DNA of 64,000 nt from Christensenella sp. UBA6880 (GTDB lineage Bacteria > Bacillota > Clostridia > Christensenellales > CAG-917): the NCBI GenBank assembly GCA_002449145.1, contig DKCG01000024.1, forward strand, positions 14,266 to 78,265, in the 5' to 3' direction. The notes under the pieces were generated by a model. That model was not told the origin of the DNA, did no database searches, and worked only from the letters and a program-made list of their open reading frames with translations. Positions 6,523-21,500 of this stretch are shown here, one piece after another. Position numbers and translations under genes: made by a program. Each line of letters opens with the position of its first letter. Within the stretch, counting starts at the first letter, position 1.

Positions 6523-9500
6523 ATGAGAAGTACAAGGATAGGACAAAACAAACTGAAAAAGTGTATGAAGTTGACTGCGAGCGGATTGCTGCTTGCGGTG
6601 ATGTTTGTCCTCGTCTTTGCCGGCACGCTCTCCGGTGCTTTCGGCATTGAAAATTCCCTTCAACAAAACGGCATAATTGAAAATAACGTTGCAAGTGCGG
6701 ATGCAGCAATTAATTCGAGTACGATAACTCTTTCTAGCTATTTTAATCCAACTGTTACGACGCTTAATATTACCAATAACGTCTCTAATTATTATGCTAG
6801 TCGCGGTAAACTTTACACAACCAGTAATAGCAATTGCGATAATGCGGTTGGAACATGGTCAAATACAAGTTGGTATATGGGTGGTGGTGGCAATCATTCT
6901 GGAACCGACTATGCGCATTGCTGGTTTGATTTTGATTTGGGCGATTTTTATACTCTTAGTGACAGTGCTACAATATCTGTAAAAATTGGGTCGGTGTCGC
7001 GTTCAAATATGGACGGTTTTATTGTTGCTATAAACAGTAGCTCGACGGAATTTGCACAGTATAGCACGAGTAATGGGGAAAAAGCGTATGACAATGATGT
7101 GAAAAAAAATGACAACTGTGATAAGACTTCAGAAAATCCTTCGAATGGTGCGAGCATCACACACACTGTAAAAGGGCGCTATGTGAGAATTTATTTGGTG
7201 ACATATGATTATGCGTTTATTTCTAGTGGATATGGACAATTAAAATTGACCAATGTTAGCATAATTCTCACGCGTACGCTTAAAACATATTCTGTCACTT
7301 ACGACAAAAACGCAAGCGATTCAACGGGAACAGTGAGTAATACAAGTCACAAATTTATGGCCGCTTCCAACATCTCGTCGAATTTCTATGTCGGAAACAG
7401 ACAGTATTTCACCGAGTGGAACACAAGTGCAGACGGCAACGGCATTCATATGGGAATCGGGGCTAGTACGGGAACTTCCGTTGCTGCAAACACTTTCGGA
7501 AACGTCGTAAAGGCAAATCTTGCAGCGGGAAATACAACAACCACGCTGTACGCTCAATACACGGGAATTTCATTTGTTTTCAATCGACAGAATTATTCGA
7601 TTTACAATAATGAAGTGTTGCAAGTGTTGCAAGGAAAGAGCGGATATTTGACATCTACTGTCGATTCGTCCTATACAACAACCATAACGTACAAAGATTC
7701 AAGCAATTCGACAATTTCGGAGCCGACTTCAATAGGTGTTTATTCTGCGACAATCACGGTTACGAAAGACGGAAAAACAAGAGGTTCCGTCACGTTGCCT
7801 TTTGAGATTATCGAAGGCGATTTCGGAAAACTTGACGGCGCAAGCGGAAAATGGGGAAGTTTGTCCAACCCATACGTCATAAAAAACGCTACGCATTTGA
7901 AAAACTTGTCGCGTATTGTCAACAGTGACACACCAGGCACGCAAACGGCACTCAACAGTATTGTCGGAAGTGATGGCGGCGCGGTTACGGCAGACAAAGT
8001 CGTTGCAGTGGATAATAAATTTGCAAACTGCTATTTTGTCATTTCTGCAGATATAGGATCGGCAAGCGCGCCTGTGTCGCTTACGCCAATCGGTAACAAT
8101 GCAAGTAACTATTTTGCAGGTACAATTTACGGTGGAAGTCTTAATAATGTAAATGCTCGTAATTTGAGGACAATATATTTGAATATCCAACAGAGCGGCG
8201 TGAATAACGTTGGATTGTTCGGATATGCAAGCGGTGCGAACATATCTTACATAAAGATAGCCGGTTCGATTTTCGGTGGCGCTTACACCGGCGGTGTTGT
8301 CGGATATGCTGACGGCGTGGCGATTTCACACGTTGTGAACGAGGCGTTTGTCAGAGGTACAAGTGTAGCTTCAAATAGCGAAATATCGGCAAGCGGTGTG
8401 TTTGTCGGCGGTATTGCAGGTTTTACGCACGGAAGTGCGCCGGTTTCTTATTGTTATAATTCCGGTTACGTTTCGGCTTTGACGGAAAGCGGCAATTATT
8501 TGTCCAATTCTAATTTCGTTGGCGGTATCGTCGGATATGCACGAACAGAGGTTTCATATTGCGCAAATATTTACGATTCTTCTATCACATTTGATTCGTC
8601 CGAAGCAAGAAGCGCACGAATCGAAGGCAACGATTATTTGGGCGGTATTGTAGGAAATTCGTCAAGCACGATTAAGTATTGCTACGATGTGCAAGGGCAG
8701 CGCAAATATCGCTACAACACGGGTCGTATCGGCGCAATCACCGGCTCTGGCGGTACGGTTGAAAATTCGTGGGTAGTAAACGAGTCGACTGCGGAAACAA
8801 CGGCTTCAAATCCGAACGCCGTTGTCAGTACGTTAGGAAAAAAACTTGTGACAAGTTTCGCAGTTACCCCGATTGTCATAAACAGCGGTGAAACGGAAGT
8901 GACTTGGACGGACATTTTGAGCCAAAATATCAATGGCTTCAAGATTTCTACGAGCGTTGCAAGCGGCTATTATCTCAAACTTTCGAACAACAACGGCAAC
9001 GGCGTGCTTCCGTATAAGGTCGGCAACGGTTATACGGCGCAAAACAGCACGAGTTCAACCGCAATTACGCAAGGCAATATAAGTTGTGATGTATATTATA
9101 ATGCTACAACTTCAAATGATATATATGTGCAAGTCGAAGCGATAAACCCAAACACGGATAGCAAAACATACAATGCAAACGCACAGCAAATCGGAAGCTT
9201 TGCATTGCCGACAGGCTATGAAACACTCGCAACGTTCTATTTCGACCGCGACGACAACGGCAATCCAACAGGCACGCCGTTATTAAGCAAAACAAATGCA
9301 GGCACATACGCCGTTATTTCAGATGTGAAAATTAAAGTCGGCAATGTAACATACGTTGTCGGTCGGAAACAGGCGAATTGGACAATCACGCCTTTGTATT
9401 TGCGTGTGTCGAATGCAACTTTCAATTACGGTGTAAACGTTGAGAAACAACTGCAAAACAACATCGTTATATCTGCAACAAGCGGTGGTACAGCATTGAC

Positions 9501-12500
9501 AAGTCATCCGTTCAGCGTTGTTATAGATTCGAGCGCTTACAATTTTTATAAATCTATAACTTCAGGTCAAAACACGTTTGCGATTACAAGTGATAAGATT
9601 ACCGTTAAAAGCGGTGATAATATTGTCACTGGAAACTTTGTCATATCGGGCTTCGAAGTCGTCATAAAAGAAAGCGATTTCGGCGTTGAAAACAGTGGAA
9701 TTAACGGAAACAATATCGATAACAACAAATGGGGCAGTCGGAACAATCCGTACATAATTCGCACGTTCATACAACTTGACAAATTGTCGAGCATTGTGCG
9801 CAACGGCGGTGCAGTCAACAGTATAAAAACAGGACTATATGAGTATGTCACCGCAACTGACAAAACGTACGCAGGCGCATATTTCAAACTCGCCGTTTCA
9901 TTGTCGGCAGGTAATATTACGCCTATCGGCACGAATACGGCGGTATTTTCGGGATTCTTCGACGGCAACAATAAAACGTTGAGCGGAATCAACATCAACA
10001 AGGCGGGCAGTTACGTCGGCCTTTTCGGCTATACGAGCGGCGCAACCATTCAAAACCTCACGATTTCGGGGGCGGTGAAAGGCTCGAAGTACGTCGGTGG
10101 CGTTGTGGGTTACGCGCTCAACACGACGATTTACAACGTAACCAACAACGCAACCGTAACCGCAAGATATTCGGTGGATAAAGATTTGTCAACGAGTATC
10201 AGACAATACGACGGCGGCAACCAAACGAACGAGGGTTTCGATAAGGTGTTTGACGGAAAGACGAGTACGAAGTTCTGCGGCACGCAATCGGGTATGAGTT
10301 TCGTTGCGGATTTGAGAAGCAGGTTGGCGATTTCGGGCTTTGCAATCACAAACGCAAACGACACGGAAAGCAATTCAAACAGACGCCCGAAAAAGATTCA
10401 AATTTGGGGTTCTAACACTGAAAATAATTGGCCGTCCGATAGCCCTAACGATAAGGGAAACGCGGGCGCGTGGCCTGCGCTCTACAATTATAAAAACTGG
10501 AATCTCGTATTTTCCCTCGATACGAGCAATTTCTCTTCAAGGAACTATGAGAGAGTCGAGTTCGCTTTTGACGGAAACAAAACTTACAAATACAGATACT
10601 ACTGGGTTTATATCATAAGCGCGGGCGGCAGTATTCAGTTTTCCGAGTTCGATTTCTTGGCAGCAGGCGAGGACGTAGGCGGCGTTGTCGGCTACGCTTC
10701 GGGTACGAGCGGAAACGGCACGGTCATTTCAAACGTCAAAAACAACGCAAGCGTTACGGGCAGTAACTATACGGGCGGTCTCGTCGGCAGAGCAAGCGGC
10801 AATTTTGCAATCATCGATTCGTCAAACGCGGGCGGCATTATGGGCTTCGACGGCGTTGCGGGCGTGCTCGGCGCAATGACGAACAATGCTAACGTCACGA
10901 TTACGAGTTGCCACAACAGCGGAACGGTGTCGAGCAGTCCCGAATCCAACGGCGTTGCGGGTATCATCGGTCATACGGAATCGGCTTCAAACAGATTGGT
11001 CGTTCAAGGCTGTAAAAACAATGCTGCCATAACGGGCGACAGAAACGTCGGCGGCATAGGCGGACGTATCGAAACCACGAGAAACGCAAAAGACTCGTTG
11101 GTTTTTGCAAACTGCTACAACGACGGCAGTATCGCCGCAACAACGTACGGCACGGTGGGCGGCATTGCCGGTTATTTCTTTGCCAACGGAACGTCGATAG
11201 CGGACGTTGCGACGATTTCGTATTGCTTCAGTTCGGGCGCGGTTTCGTCCAACAGCACCGCTTCCGACAAGAATATCGGCGGTATCGTCGGCAATCCGAG
11301 GGCAAGCACGTTGACTTCCACGCGCGTGTATAACTGCTATACGACCAACACGACTTATGCGATTTCGGGCACGGCAAACGCAACTATCGACAACACCAAC
11401 TACGTCATTGCAAGCGGCGCATCCGCACCGTCCACGACGAACGGCGGTAAATACTTGGTGTATAACTCTGCGCTCACTTTCAAACCCGCAATTATCGAAG
11501 ATGGTTCGGAAACGCCGTTCGATAGTTGGACTGTGATTGCGGAATACGTTAACGCAACCGTAAACGGCGAAGTCGTCAGATTGTTCAACGACATCAACGG
11601 ATTTATGGTGTCGGGCGACGTCGCGCCGAGTTCGAGTCAATACTTCCTTTCAAGAAAAGGCGTGTCGAGTTCGGAATATCTCACGCCGAGCAAGGTTGAA
11701 AACGGCAATCCCACGAACGCCGCAGACAGAAGCAATACCGCGACGTTTACCGTTACCGCGTGGTACGGCGCAAACGCAAATAGCAATATTCAGTGCACGA
11801 TAAGCACAGTCACGATAAACGATTCAAAAAACAATATTTACAACGGTCAACAGCAAGGCTTTGCAAGAAGCGCGGTGAGCAATCCGAACACCAACAATAG
11901 CGTATACGGCGTCGTGTTCGACTACTTGCTTACTTCGCCGTCCGAGCATTTCGTCAAGACGTTTGCATTCGATTCCAACGGCAACCTTACCGAAAGCGGA
12001 AGCAATCCGTATCAAGTGGGCGCGTATAATACGACCGTATTCGTAAAAATCGGCGACGTTATCGTCGGTAAGAGAGTAAACAGAGTTTTTGAAATCGCGC
12101 AAGAAACGATTAACGTCGCGTGGGAATGGACGGACGGCAAACAATCGACTCTGTTCAGCCGTATCGGCACGGGCGACGGCATTCAGTTCGTATACAACAA
12201 AGCGGAACAAGGTTTGGGTTCGGTGACGTTCGCTTACAATCAAAACTTGTTCTATACGGCGGCGGAATATATGTTTACCTCAAGCGGTAATTTGAAGTAT
12301 ACGAACGCAAGCAGCAACGCGTATTCCCGTACGTACACGCTGAACGACACGAGAAACTTTAAGATTCATTCGACGAATACCAACGCGGATTTGTCGGGTA
12401 CGACGGTTACGTTCGAGTGGATTATCCGCAGAAACAAACTCACAATCGAAAATAGGTGGGTGAGAGAGGACTTCGGAAAAGACTCGACGATTTATACCTT

Positions 12501-15500
12501 TGAATACAACGCGGCACATCAAGGCTTGCTCGCGACGGACGGTATAACTTATATCGTCGAAAACGATACGGCGGGTAAGTCGCACGAGATTTATTCGTGG
12601 GTTTTGTATACCGATAATCACGCGAACACCATAAACGTCGGCAGATATTCTCGCAGTATTTATCTTAACGATCAGACCAACTACGTGATTGCTTACACAA
12701 ATTCGTACGTCGGAAACAGCACTGCCAAACTTTCGAGCAGCAAGGGCGTGAGCGTAAACGATACGCAGTCTTCCGTGATGTATTCGTGGCAGATTCTCGC
12801 ATACAACATACTCGACAACTTTAATTCGGATTCGAGCAAGACGAAAGTATGGTTCGGCGCAAACACGGACGTTATCGTCGGCAATCAGTTGACTTCCGTC
12901 ATTTCGGGGGCGACGAGAGACGGCAATAGCGTGAGCGTAGACTATTATCCGTTGCAATACGCTCAAAGCGGCGTGCAACAAGTGCTTGTCTACGGTCAAA
13001 ATACGACGGAAGTTCAGCACTATTTGCCCAAAAACTTTATTGTTTACGTTCAGTACAACGACGGCACGATTGCACGACTCGTCAGCGGCAACGAATACAC
13101 GCTGTCCGACCTCAAAGCACCCACAGCCGCAAATCCCGCGCCTATAAACACGAGCGTGACGGCAAGCGGTCAAGGCAACTTCGCGGGCGACCTCAGCAAA
13201 TATTATACGGTTTTGTACAGCGATTTCGGCTGGAAGTCGGGCAAGAATCCCAACTCGGCAAACTGGGGCACTGCGGACAATCCCTACGTCATCGACAGAC
13301 CCGAATATTTGCTCAGACTCAGCCAAATCGTAAACGGCAAGGACAAGGCGTGGAACTCTATTGCAAACACCGCATACTGCTATGCGCCGCAATCCACCGC
13401 AACCGCGCAAAACGCAACTTATAAGGGCGCGCACTTCCTCGTGACCGCAAATATCGATATGTCGGATTACGTCAGCACGGACGGATTGACCAACTTCTTG
13501 CCCGTGGGCGACGGTTCGGCAAACGGCGAACGCCTGTTCTCGGCTACGTTCGACGGCGGTAATAATGAGATTAAATATATATATAATATCGGTTATTTCG
13601 TAAATAAAGCGAATCCGAGCGGCGAAGAAAAGTACGATTACGTCGGCCTTTTCGGCTATATCGACGGCGCGACGGTCAAGAACTTGACGGTTACGAGCGA
13701 GCGCAGTATTTCCTTCACCGTGGGCGACGTGACGTATAAGGGCGGCGTAAACGGCAGAGATTACGTCGGCGGCATAGTCGGCAAAGCGGTGGATTCCACC
13801 CTCGAAGAAGTCGTATTGAGATACGGCGATTGCGTGTACGGCAACGATTACGTCGGCGGCGTGGTCGGCTTTGCGAAAAACACGACGATTGCGAACTCGG
13901 GCAAGATTTTCAACGCGAGCGTGAGCGGCAGATTCTACGTCGGCGGTATCGCGGGCGAGTGGCAAGTTTACGACAAATCTCAACTCGGATTGAACAATCA
14001 ACAGAGCCTTACGCCTATCGACAGCAGCAGCGTAAGCGGCGCGAAGTACGTCGGCGGTCTCGTCGGCTGGCTGGATTTGTCGAATTGTTCGGGAAGCGTA
14101 ACCTTTACGCCGCAATACGACAACGGCACGAGCAAAACTCTCGAAGTTAAGGGCACGGAATACGTCGGCGCGCTGTTCGGCACGCTCGTAGGCAACGGAT
14201 ACCGTCAAACCGCAAACAGCACTGGCTTGACTTCAATCGTCATCGAATCGAGCAAAGTGGGCAACGTTACGCTAAAACCCGTGCCATACACGGACGGAAA
14301 TTCGACTTATTTGCCCAAAGTTGTGGGCGGACTCGTCGGATTTATCGAGAGCGCGGCACTCGTTTTCGGCACGAGTTGGAACACAAGCAATATCAAATTC
14401 GAGTTTGACAAGACTTCGACGTCGTTCCTCGGCGGCGTGGTCGGCGTTATGAGCAAAAATTCGACAATCGAAATGTTCGTCTTGACCAAAAACGACGGCT
14501 CGCAACTAACCGCAGTCGACGGAAAAATCACGGCGAATACGCAGTTCGGACACGTGGGTTCGCCGAGTTCGAGCAACTACAACGCAGGCAGTTTCGTCGG
14601 CGGTATCGTGGGCTACGTTTCCTCGCAAGCGGGCTCGTTCTGGCGCGAGGGTACGACCGTTTTCGGCAACGCGGTTCAATTTGAAAACACGGCAAACATT
14701 TACGCAACGGGCTTTGTCGGCGGCATTTTCGGCGCGCTCGGAAATATTGCGCTCTCGAAGATAGAGCAGAGCATAGGCGCAGTTTACGACGAAATATCCG
14801 TTGCGCAAAATCAAGATAACAGAACTAATATTCTTCAAAAAATCCTCGTTGGCGGCGTTCGCGAAGGCTTGTCCGGCTCAACGCTCGGCATTGCGCCGAC
14901 CACCGACAGCGACTACGTTTCGGGCGCAAACGGCAAACTCAGAAACATCGCAAGCGTACAAGTGACCAAATCGAACGGCATTGGCGGCGAATACGTCGGC
15001 GGTATCGTTGGCTACAGCGGCGCAAACGTGCGTCTTGTGCTTCGCAACAAACCGCAAACGGGCGATATTGACGTGAGCGCGCTAAACGTGTACAGCGGCG
15101 GCGCAAACGTGGCGATTGCGGGAAGTTATGCGGGCGGTATCGCAGGTTTCATCGACAATCTCGAACACGAATTGCAATATATCGTCGTTCAAGCCAAGTT
15201 TACGGACTCGAACGCCACGAGAGTGGGCGGTCTTATCGGCGAAATGATGAGCGGCGCGATTGACGGTTGCGTGGTCGTGAGCGCAATGGCGGTAGGCGAG
15301 AGTATATCCTTTGACACGGACAACTTCCAAGGCAAGGAATACGTCGGCGGTCTTGTTGGCAGAACGGAAAACGCAAGCATAAGAAACAGCCTTGCAACGG
15401 GATTCAACCTTCAAAGCACGTCTATCACCAAAGGCGGCGTGCTCGGCGGCGGTACGAACCCGACAATCGAGGCAAGTTGGACGTTCTACATCGCTCGCGA

Positions 15501-18500
15501 GGGCGCGACTTATTCCACAATCAGCGCAAACGAATACGGCAAATATATCCTCGTCGACAAGGACACCATAACGTCAAACGGCTCGTCTTATCCGTATTTT
15601 GAAAAACTCTGCGCTTTTGCAGGCATTGCAAACACGGCGACGGAAGGTGCTGTCGGCGTACTCGAATTTGCCCTCAACGTTCCCACGCAAAGACAACTTG
15701 CATTCTACGACGCGAGCGGAAGCGACAGTGTTACGACCAACGGCGGAGAATCAGGCGATTTTGAAAGCATAAACGGCGTATTGACAATCAAACTCGATAT
15801 GGAAACGGGTACGAGCATGCAAGTGTGCCTTATCCCGATAGAGTTTGTCAACGTGCCGAAACACTATGCAAACGACGACGAGAGAATATCTATTGTAGAG
15901 GGCAGATACAAAAAGCCGTCCGACTCGTCAAGATATATTGTTCAAGTGCAAGACGCTCACTTTGATGTGGGTGTGACAAACCAAGTGGACAGAATCCAAG
16001 CACTTGTGTATTTTGACTGGAACAACGACGGGCATGCCACGCTTGTCGGCGAAAGCGGCACCGCAAGCGAAAAAACCGGCGATTATAACGCTTCTTTCCA
16101 ACCGGGCGACGACCCTGCTTCGCCGTTAACCATAAGCAATCAGAAAGAGTGGAACGATTTTGCGTACAGCATCTATTCGGGCGCAAACGACTATGCAGGC
16201 AAATACGTCAAGTTGCTCACCGACGACATCGTCATCGACAACAGCGCACACTACGGCACGGCGAGCGGCACCGTTCCGCTGAATTTCAGCACGACTTGTA
16301 CGCCAAACAATAACAGCGATGACAGCAAGAACGCCACGTCGAATTTAGGCTACAATTTTGCAGGCAACATTTCGCAAGGCAGCAGCAAAGTCGAAAAGAT
16401 ATACTTTGGCACAAGCAAGAATTTGAGTGCAAAAACGCCGTCTTTCAAAGGCCACTTTGACGGCAACGGACACACGATTGAGATTCGATATACAAGCGGC
16501 GGTCATCACCGCATAAGCGTGTTTCCGAATGCGTCGAATGCTACTTTCCAAAATTTGACCATAAAAGGCAGTATTAAAGCAGGAACAAACAAAGACAATT
16601 CCGGTTATGACATTGCGGCATTTGTCGGCAAGCCGTTTGGCGCAATCACGTTTGAAAACTGCACGGCGGCGGTCGACATTCAGGGTTTGCGTGTTATTGC
16701 AGGCTTTGCAGGATGCAGTACGAAAAATGCGCCTATTACTTTTATCGGATGTGTCAATAAAGGTGATATTCATTCGTTTGAATGGTCTACTTGGACAAGA
16801 GGCGGAACACAAACGTTGGGCAACCAGTATGACTACGCATATGGTACAGGTGGATTTGTTGCCTATGCAAGTAGTAACATAAACTTTGAAAGTTGTCTTA
16901 ACACAGGTGATATTACCGGAGGTTCCAAAATAGGCGGACTTGTAGGCAGAGTCACAAACGAAAATAAAAATAAAACTATTCTAACAATAAATAACTGCGC
17001 AAATATGGGTAGGATTTATTCCGAAGAGTATAATCCATATAATGCAGATAATGAAACTAATAAATCCGGTAACGTTTGGTCAAAGGCAGGGGGACTTGTT
17101 GGGGAAGTTGACTACTATACAGAAATGTCAATGTATGCAAGTTACAATACCGGCGAAGTACGTGCAATAGGAAATGTTGCGGGTGGTTTGGTAGGTATCA
17201 TAGGTACTATTCCAGGCGGCGATTCAGATAATAAAGCAGGTTACACAGAAACACAATACTACTCAACAATTGCATACTGCTATAATACTGGCGAAGTTAA
17301 AGTCGGTAATGTAGAATGGGGTGGCATTACAATGTATGTTCCGGATCAAATCGGCGGTAGCGGCGTTAATTTTAACGGATCTAATGCCGGCGGTATAATA
17401 GGAACAACAGGAGGCGTAAAAGTTTCGTATTGCTACAATGCAGGCAAAATTACTGGACTTGGCGGTGTCGGTTATATTACAACTTGGCAGGCAAGAAACG
17501 GTGGTATCATAGGTGAATTGACATCTCACAACAATAGCAATGTTGGAAGCGTGAAAAACATTGGATATGCATACGTTAGAAATTGTTATAACGTCGGTGT
17601 AATCGAATTAAAAGAAAGTAAAAAAAGCGCAACCCGTTATAGTGCGGATATTATCGGTTATATCCAAGGGAATGCAGGTGACCATTCAGAAATTAAAAAC
17701 TGTTACGGCGTTGCAAATAACATAATTAACTATACGGACGGTAAAGGTAATCCCGCATATTATTCGGGCGTAAACAAAGCCGGAGGTGGTGACAATACAT
17801 CGTATGTTGCAGGTATTACGCTCAATTCTCGTTCGGATTTGACTGCTATTATGCAATCGGACGGAACGGTAAAACCGAAAGCATATTCCGGCACTAACGA
17901 GCAAACATTGTGGAATCCGAGCATTAAAACAATCGGTGCGCAAGATTCTACCGCTTACAAAAACGGAACGCTCGGCGGATACGTCTATGTTTACGGTTGC
18001 TTGCCTCAACTTGCGGTGTTTGCCGTTGACACATACAACGGTTTGAGCATGAACTCGCAAAACTTCGGCAAGGACGAAACCTACGGCGAAGACGGAACAT
18101 ACACGGCGCAAGCGGCAGGCGAAAGATTGAGCCCGTACGTCATTCGCGACGGCATAGACCTTTTGGGCGTGCAAACGCTTGTCGGACTCGGCTATTCGTT
18201 CAAGGGCGAGTACATCGAGTTTGCAAACGGCAAAAACAATATTACTCTCGACCAAAATTTGAGTTCCGACATTGCAAAAGAGATAAAGTTGCCGACAAAA
18301 GTCAGCCAAACCGCTAAGGTCAATGTCGCCGACGGCGCATATAAAGCAAAGTCGGATTTAGGAGAAGAAAACTACACGCATACAGGCAAAAGTTATCATT
18401 TGTTTGCGCAGAGTGCGGTGTGTTCGGGCGACAATAACGCAGGCGTAAACGCTGCCTACGTGAATTGGCTTTCGGAAAATTACTATTACAACGGCGATAA

Positions 18501-21500
18501 CGGCAAATATGCAAATAATGCGACGTACAGCGTCCAAAACATGTTCCCGATCGGCAAAAGCAATCGCCCGTTCAGGGGCAGTTTGAGCGGAAAACAAAAG
18601 GACGGCTCAAACACGATTATAAGCAATCTGCATATATCCGCTCATGCAAATAGCGGCGATACATATGCCGGTTTGTTTGGCAGAACGGAAGACGCATATA
18701 TAGGTTTTGTGGAAATTGGCGGCGCAAGCAAAGTTTGTGCGTATTCTTCGGGCGGAAATCAAATCGCTTCGTCGGGAGCGGTCGTCGGCTATGCGACAGG
18801 AAGCACCGAAGTAGAGCATTGCGCTGTGAACGGAACAACTTCGATCGGGGCTTACGGAAAAAATAAAGGCGAAATCGTCGCAGCGGACAAAACCGTTTTT
18901 GCGGGCGGTATCGTCGGTATCGCAGATCCTAAACGCAGTGCTTCCTACAGCGCAGGTGCTATGGCGATCATTCGCAACTGCAACGTTTCGACGACGGGCA
19001 ATATCGAGAGCGCAAAAGATTATATCGGCGGCATACTCGGTTACGTCGACGGCTTAAGCAATGCGGAAGGCAAAGGCAACAGCGTTCGCATCGAAAACTG
19101 CAACGTGCAAAACGCGGTCATTCAAGCGGCGGACAGCGCAACCACGTCGAGTTATATCGGCGGCGTGTTAGGATTCGGTTCGCAATACGTTTCCGCATTC
19201 GTCACGGGTTGCTCGGTGGGCGTAGGCGGCAAGGTTGCGATTAAAGGCGAACACAGCCTCGGCGGCATTGCGGGCGGTATGTCCAACGCACAAGGCGGTT
19301 ATATCGATTCTTGCACGGTCGGCGGCGGCACGAGCATAACTCGTATAGACCAAGGCGGCGACAAACAAGTTGCCGAAAGCGCGAATCACGGCACTGCAAT
19401 CGGCGGTCTTGTCGGATTTACGCAAAACTCGGCCGACACGGTCAGCCCGCTCACCACGACGTTCAGCGGTACGTCTTCGTTCGGCGGCACGATTACGGTG
19501 GGCATTGCGGCTACCAACCAATCGCAAGATTCCGACGCGGCAATAAGCTGTATCGGCGGTATCGTGGGCGATATGGGCAGCGGCGCAAACTTCGCTTCGG
19601 GCTCTGTCGTAACGGTCGGCGGTACGATTTCCATTCCGCTTGCGGCGGCAAACGTCGGCGGCGTTGCGGGTCGTACGAACACCGCTACGTTCATAGGCAA
19701 GTTCGACGTCAGCCCGAATATGAGTACGTCGCACACCGAAAACGTCGGCGGCTTCATCGGCAAGAATATCGGCACGGTGTATATCCTCGCCGACAACACC
19801 GACAAACTCGTAAACGGACTTAAAGGCACGCAAATTTCAATCGGCGGTACTATCGTCGGCACAAGCGAAGTGGGCGGCTTTATAGGCGTAAACAATGCGC
19901 AAAGCACTCTCAATATCGGCTCAAACGTCGCAAACGCAAAGCCGTATAAGTCGGGTACGCTCAACATCACCATTTCCGCAAAAGTTATAGGTTCGGGCGA
20001 GAACGTCGGCGAGAACGTCGGCGGTATCGTCGGCAAGAACGAGGGCGCAAGTTCGCTCGGCGCAACCGACTATGCAACCATAGACATCGTCAAAGGCGTT
20101 ATTCTGCAAAAGGGCGACATAGAAGGTCAAAAATACGTCGGCGGCATCATCGGTCTCAACCAAGGCTTGCTCACGACCGGCGGCGGCGAGGCAGACACCG
20201 CGATCGGCGGCGCAACGCTCTCGACAGAACAAATAAATTCAATCAAAAATCTTTCCATAACCAACGAAGGCAACGTCAAGGGCGGCGCATTGAACGGCAC
20301 GACATACGAAAACGGCGACTACGTTGGCGGCGTTATCGGATTGCTCGATTCTCCGAGCGCACTCCAAGCCACTGACGAGGGCAAGGGCGCAATCGCAGGT
20401 ACGTTCACCAACAAAGGTACGGTCGAGGGCGGCAGATTCGTCGGCGGCTCGATAGGCTTGGTGGGCAAAAACGTCACGATTACCGCAAAAGATACCGACA
20501 CGCTATTCGTCAACAGCGGCGAGGTTACGGCGCACGGCTACTTCGCAGGCGGCTCTATCGGCGCGCTCGTCGGCACAATCGAGGGCGTAAGCACCGATTA
20601 TATGATCAACTTCGAGAACGAAGGCAACGTCAACGCGACAGGTTTCGTGGGCGGCTCTATCGGCGTGCTTGCAGGTCCCGTTAAATTTGCGCAATTCGTC
20701 AACAAATCTAACGGTTTGACGGTCAATGCGGTCAACTCGGTCGGCGGCTCGGTCGGCTACATCGGCTTGCCTTCTATGCTCAAAACCGTGCTCGATACGC
20801 TCGGTATCACAATTTCAAGCGATTACGTTCAAATCGTCAACACGCACTTCGAGGCAAAAGGCAATCTCACCGTCAACGCAAATCAAACCGCAATAGACGA
20901 AGCAAAAGGCAACGCTTCCGACTCGTCTACGGGGTGGGGCGGCGTTGGCGGCGCAATCGGCGTCATCGGCGCAAACGTTGCAAAGTGGGGCTCTGACGAT
21001 AAAGAAAGAAACACCTACTACGCAAACGGCAACGTCGAGGCAAGCGGCATAAACAACGTCGGCGGTATCGTCGGTCTTGTCAACGCAGACAACGTCACCA
21101 TAAGCAATATGCTTGCGCACGGCACGACCGTCAAGGGCGGCGCAAACGTCGGCGGTATCGTCGGCGCAACGACGGGCGCAGGCACGGTTATCAAGTCGGC
21201 ATACGCGGTCGAGGGTACGTTCGAAGGCTCGGAAACGGTGGGCGGCATCATAGGTCTTAGCGAATCCGACACCGACGCGAAATCTTCCTACTGGGTCAAA
21301 GGCTATCCCAACGCAACCCTCGCAGGTACGGACGTAGGAAAACTGCAAACGGACCTCGGCAAGTTTGAAACCATAGTCGAGTATGTCGACAGTCAACCCG
21401 TCGTGTTCACCGAAGAATTCTGCACGATGTACACGCCCAAGACCTATTACGACGACTACACCGGCACGCATAAATACGACGGAAAGACCATAACCGCAGT

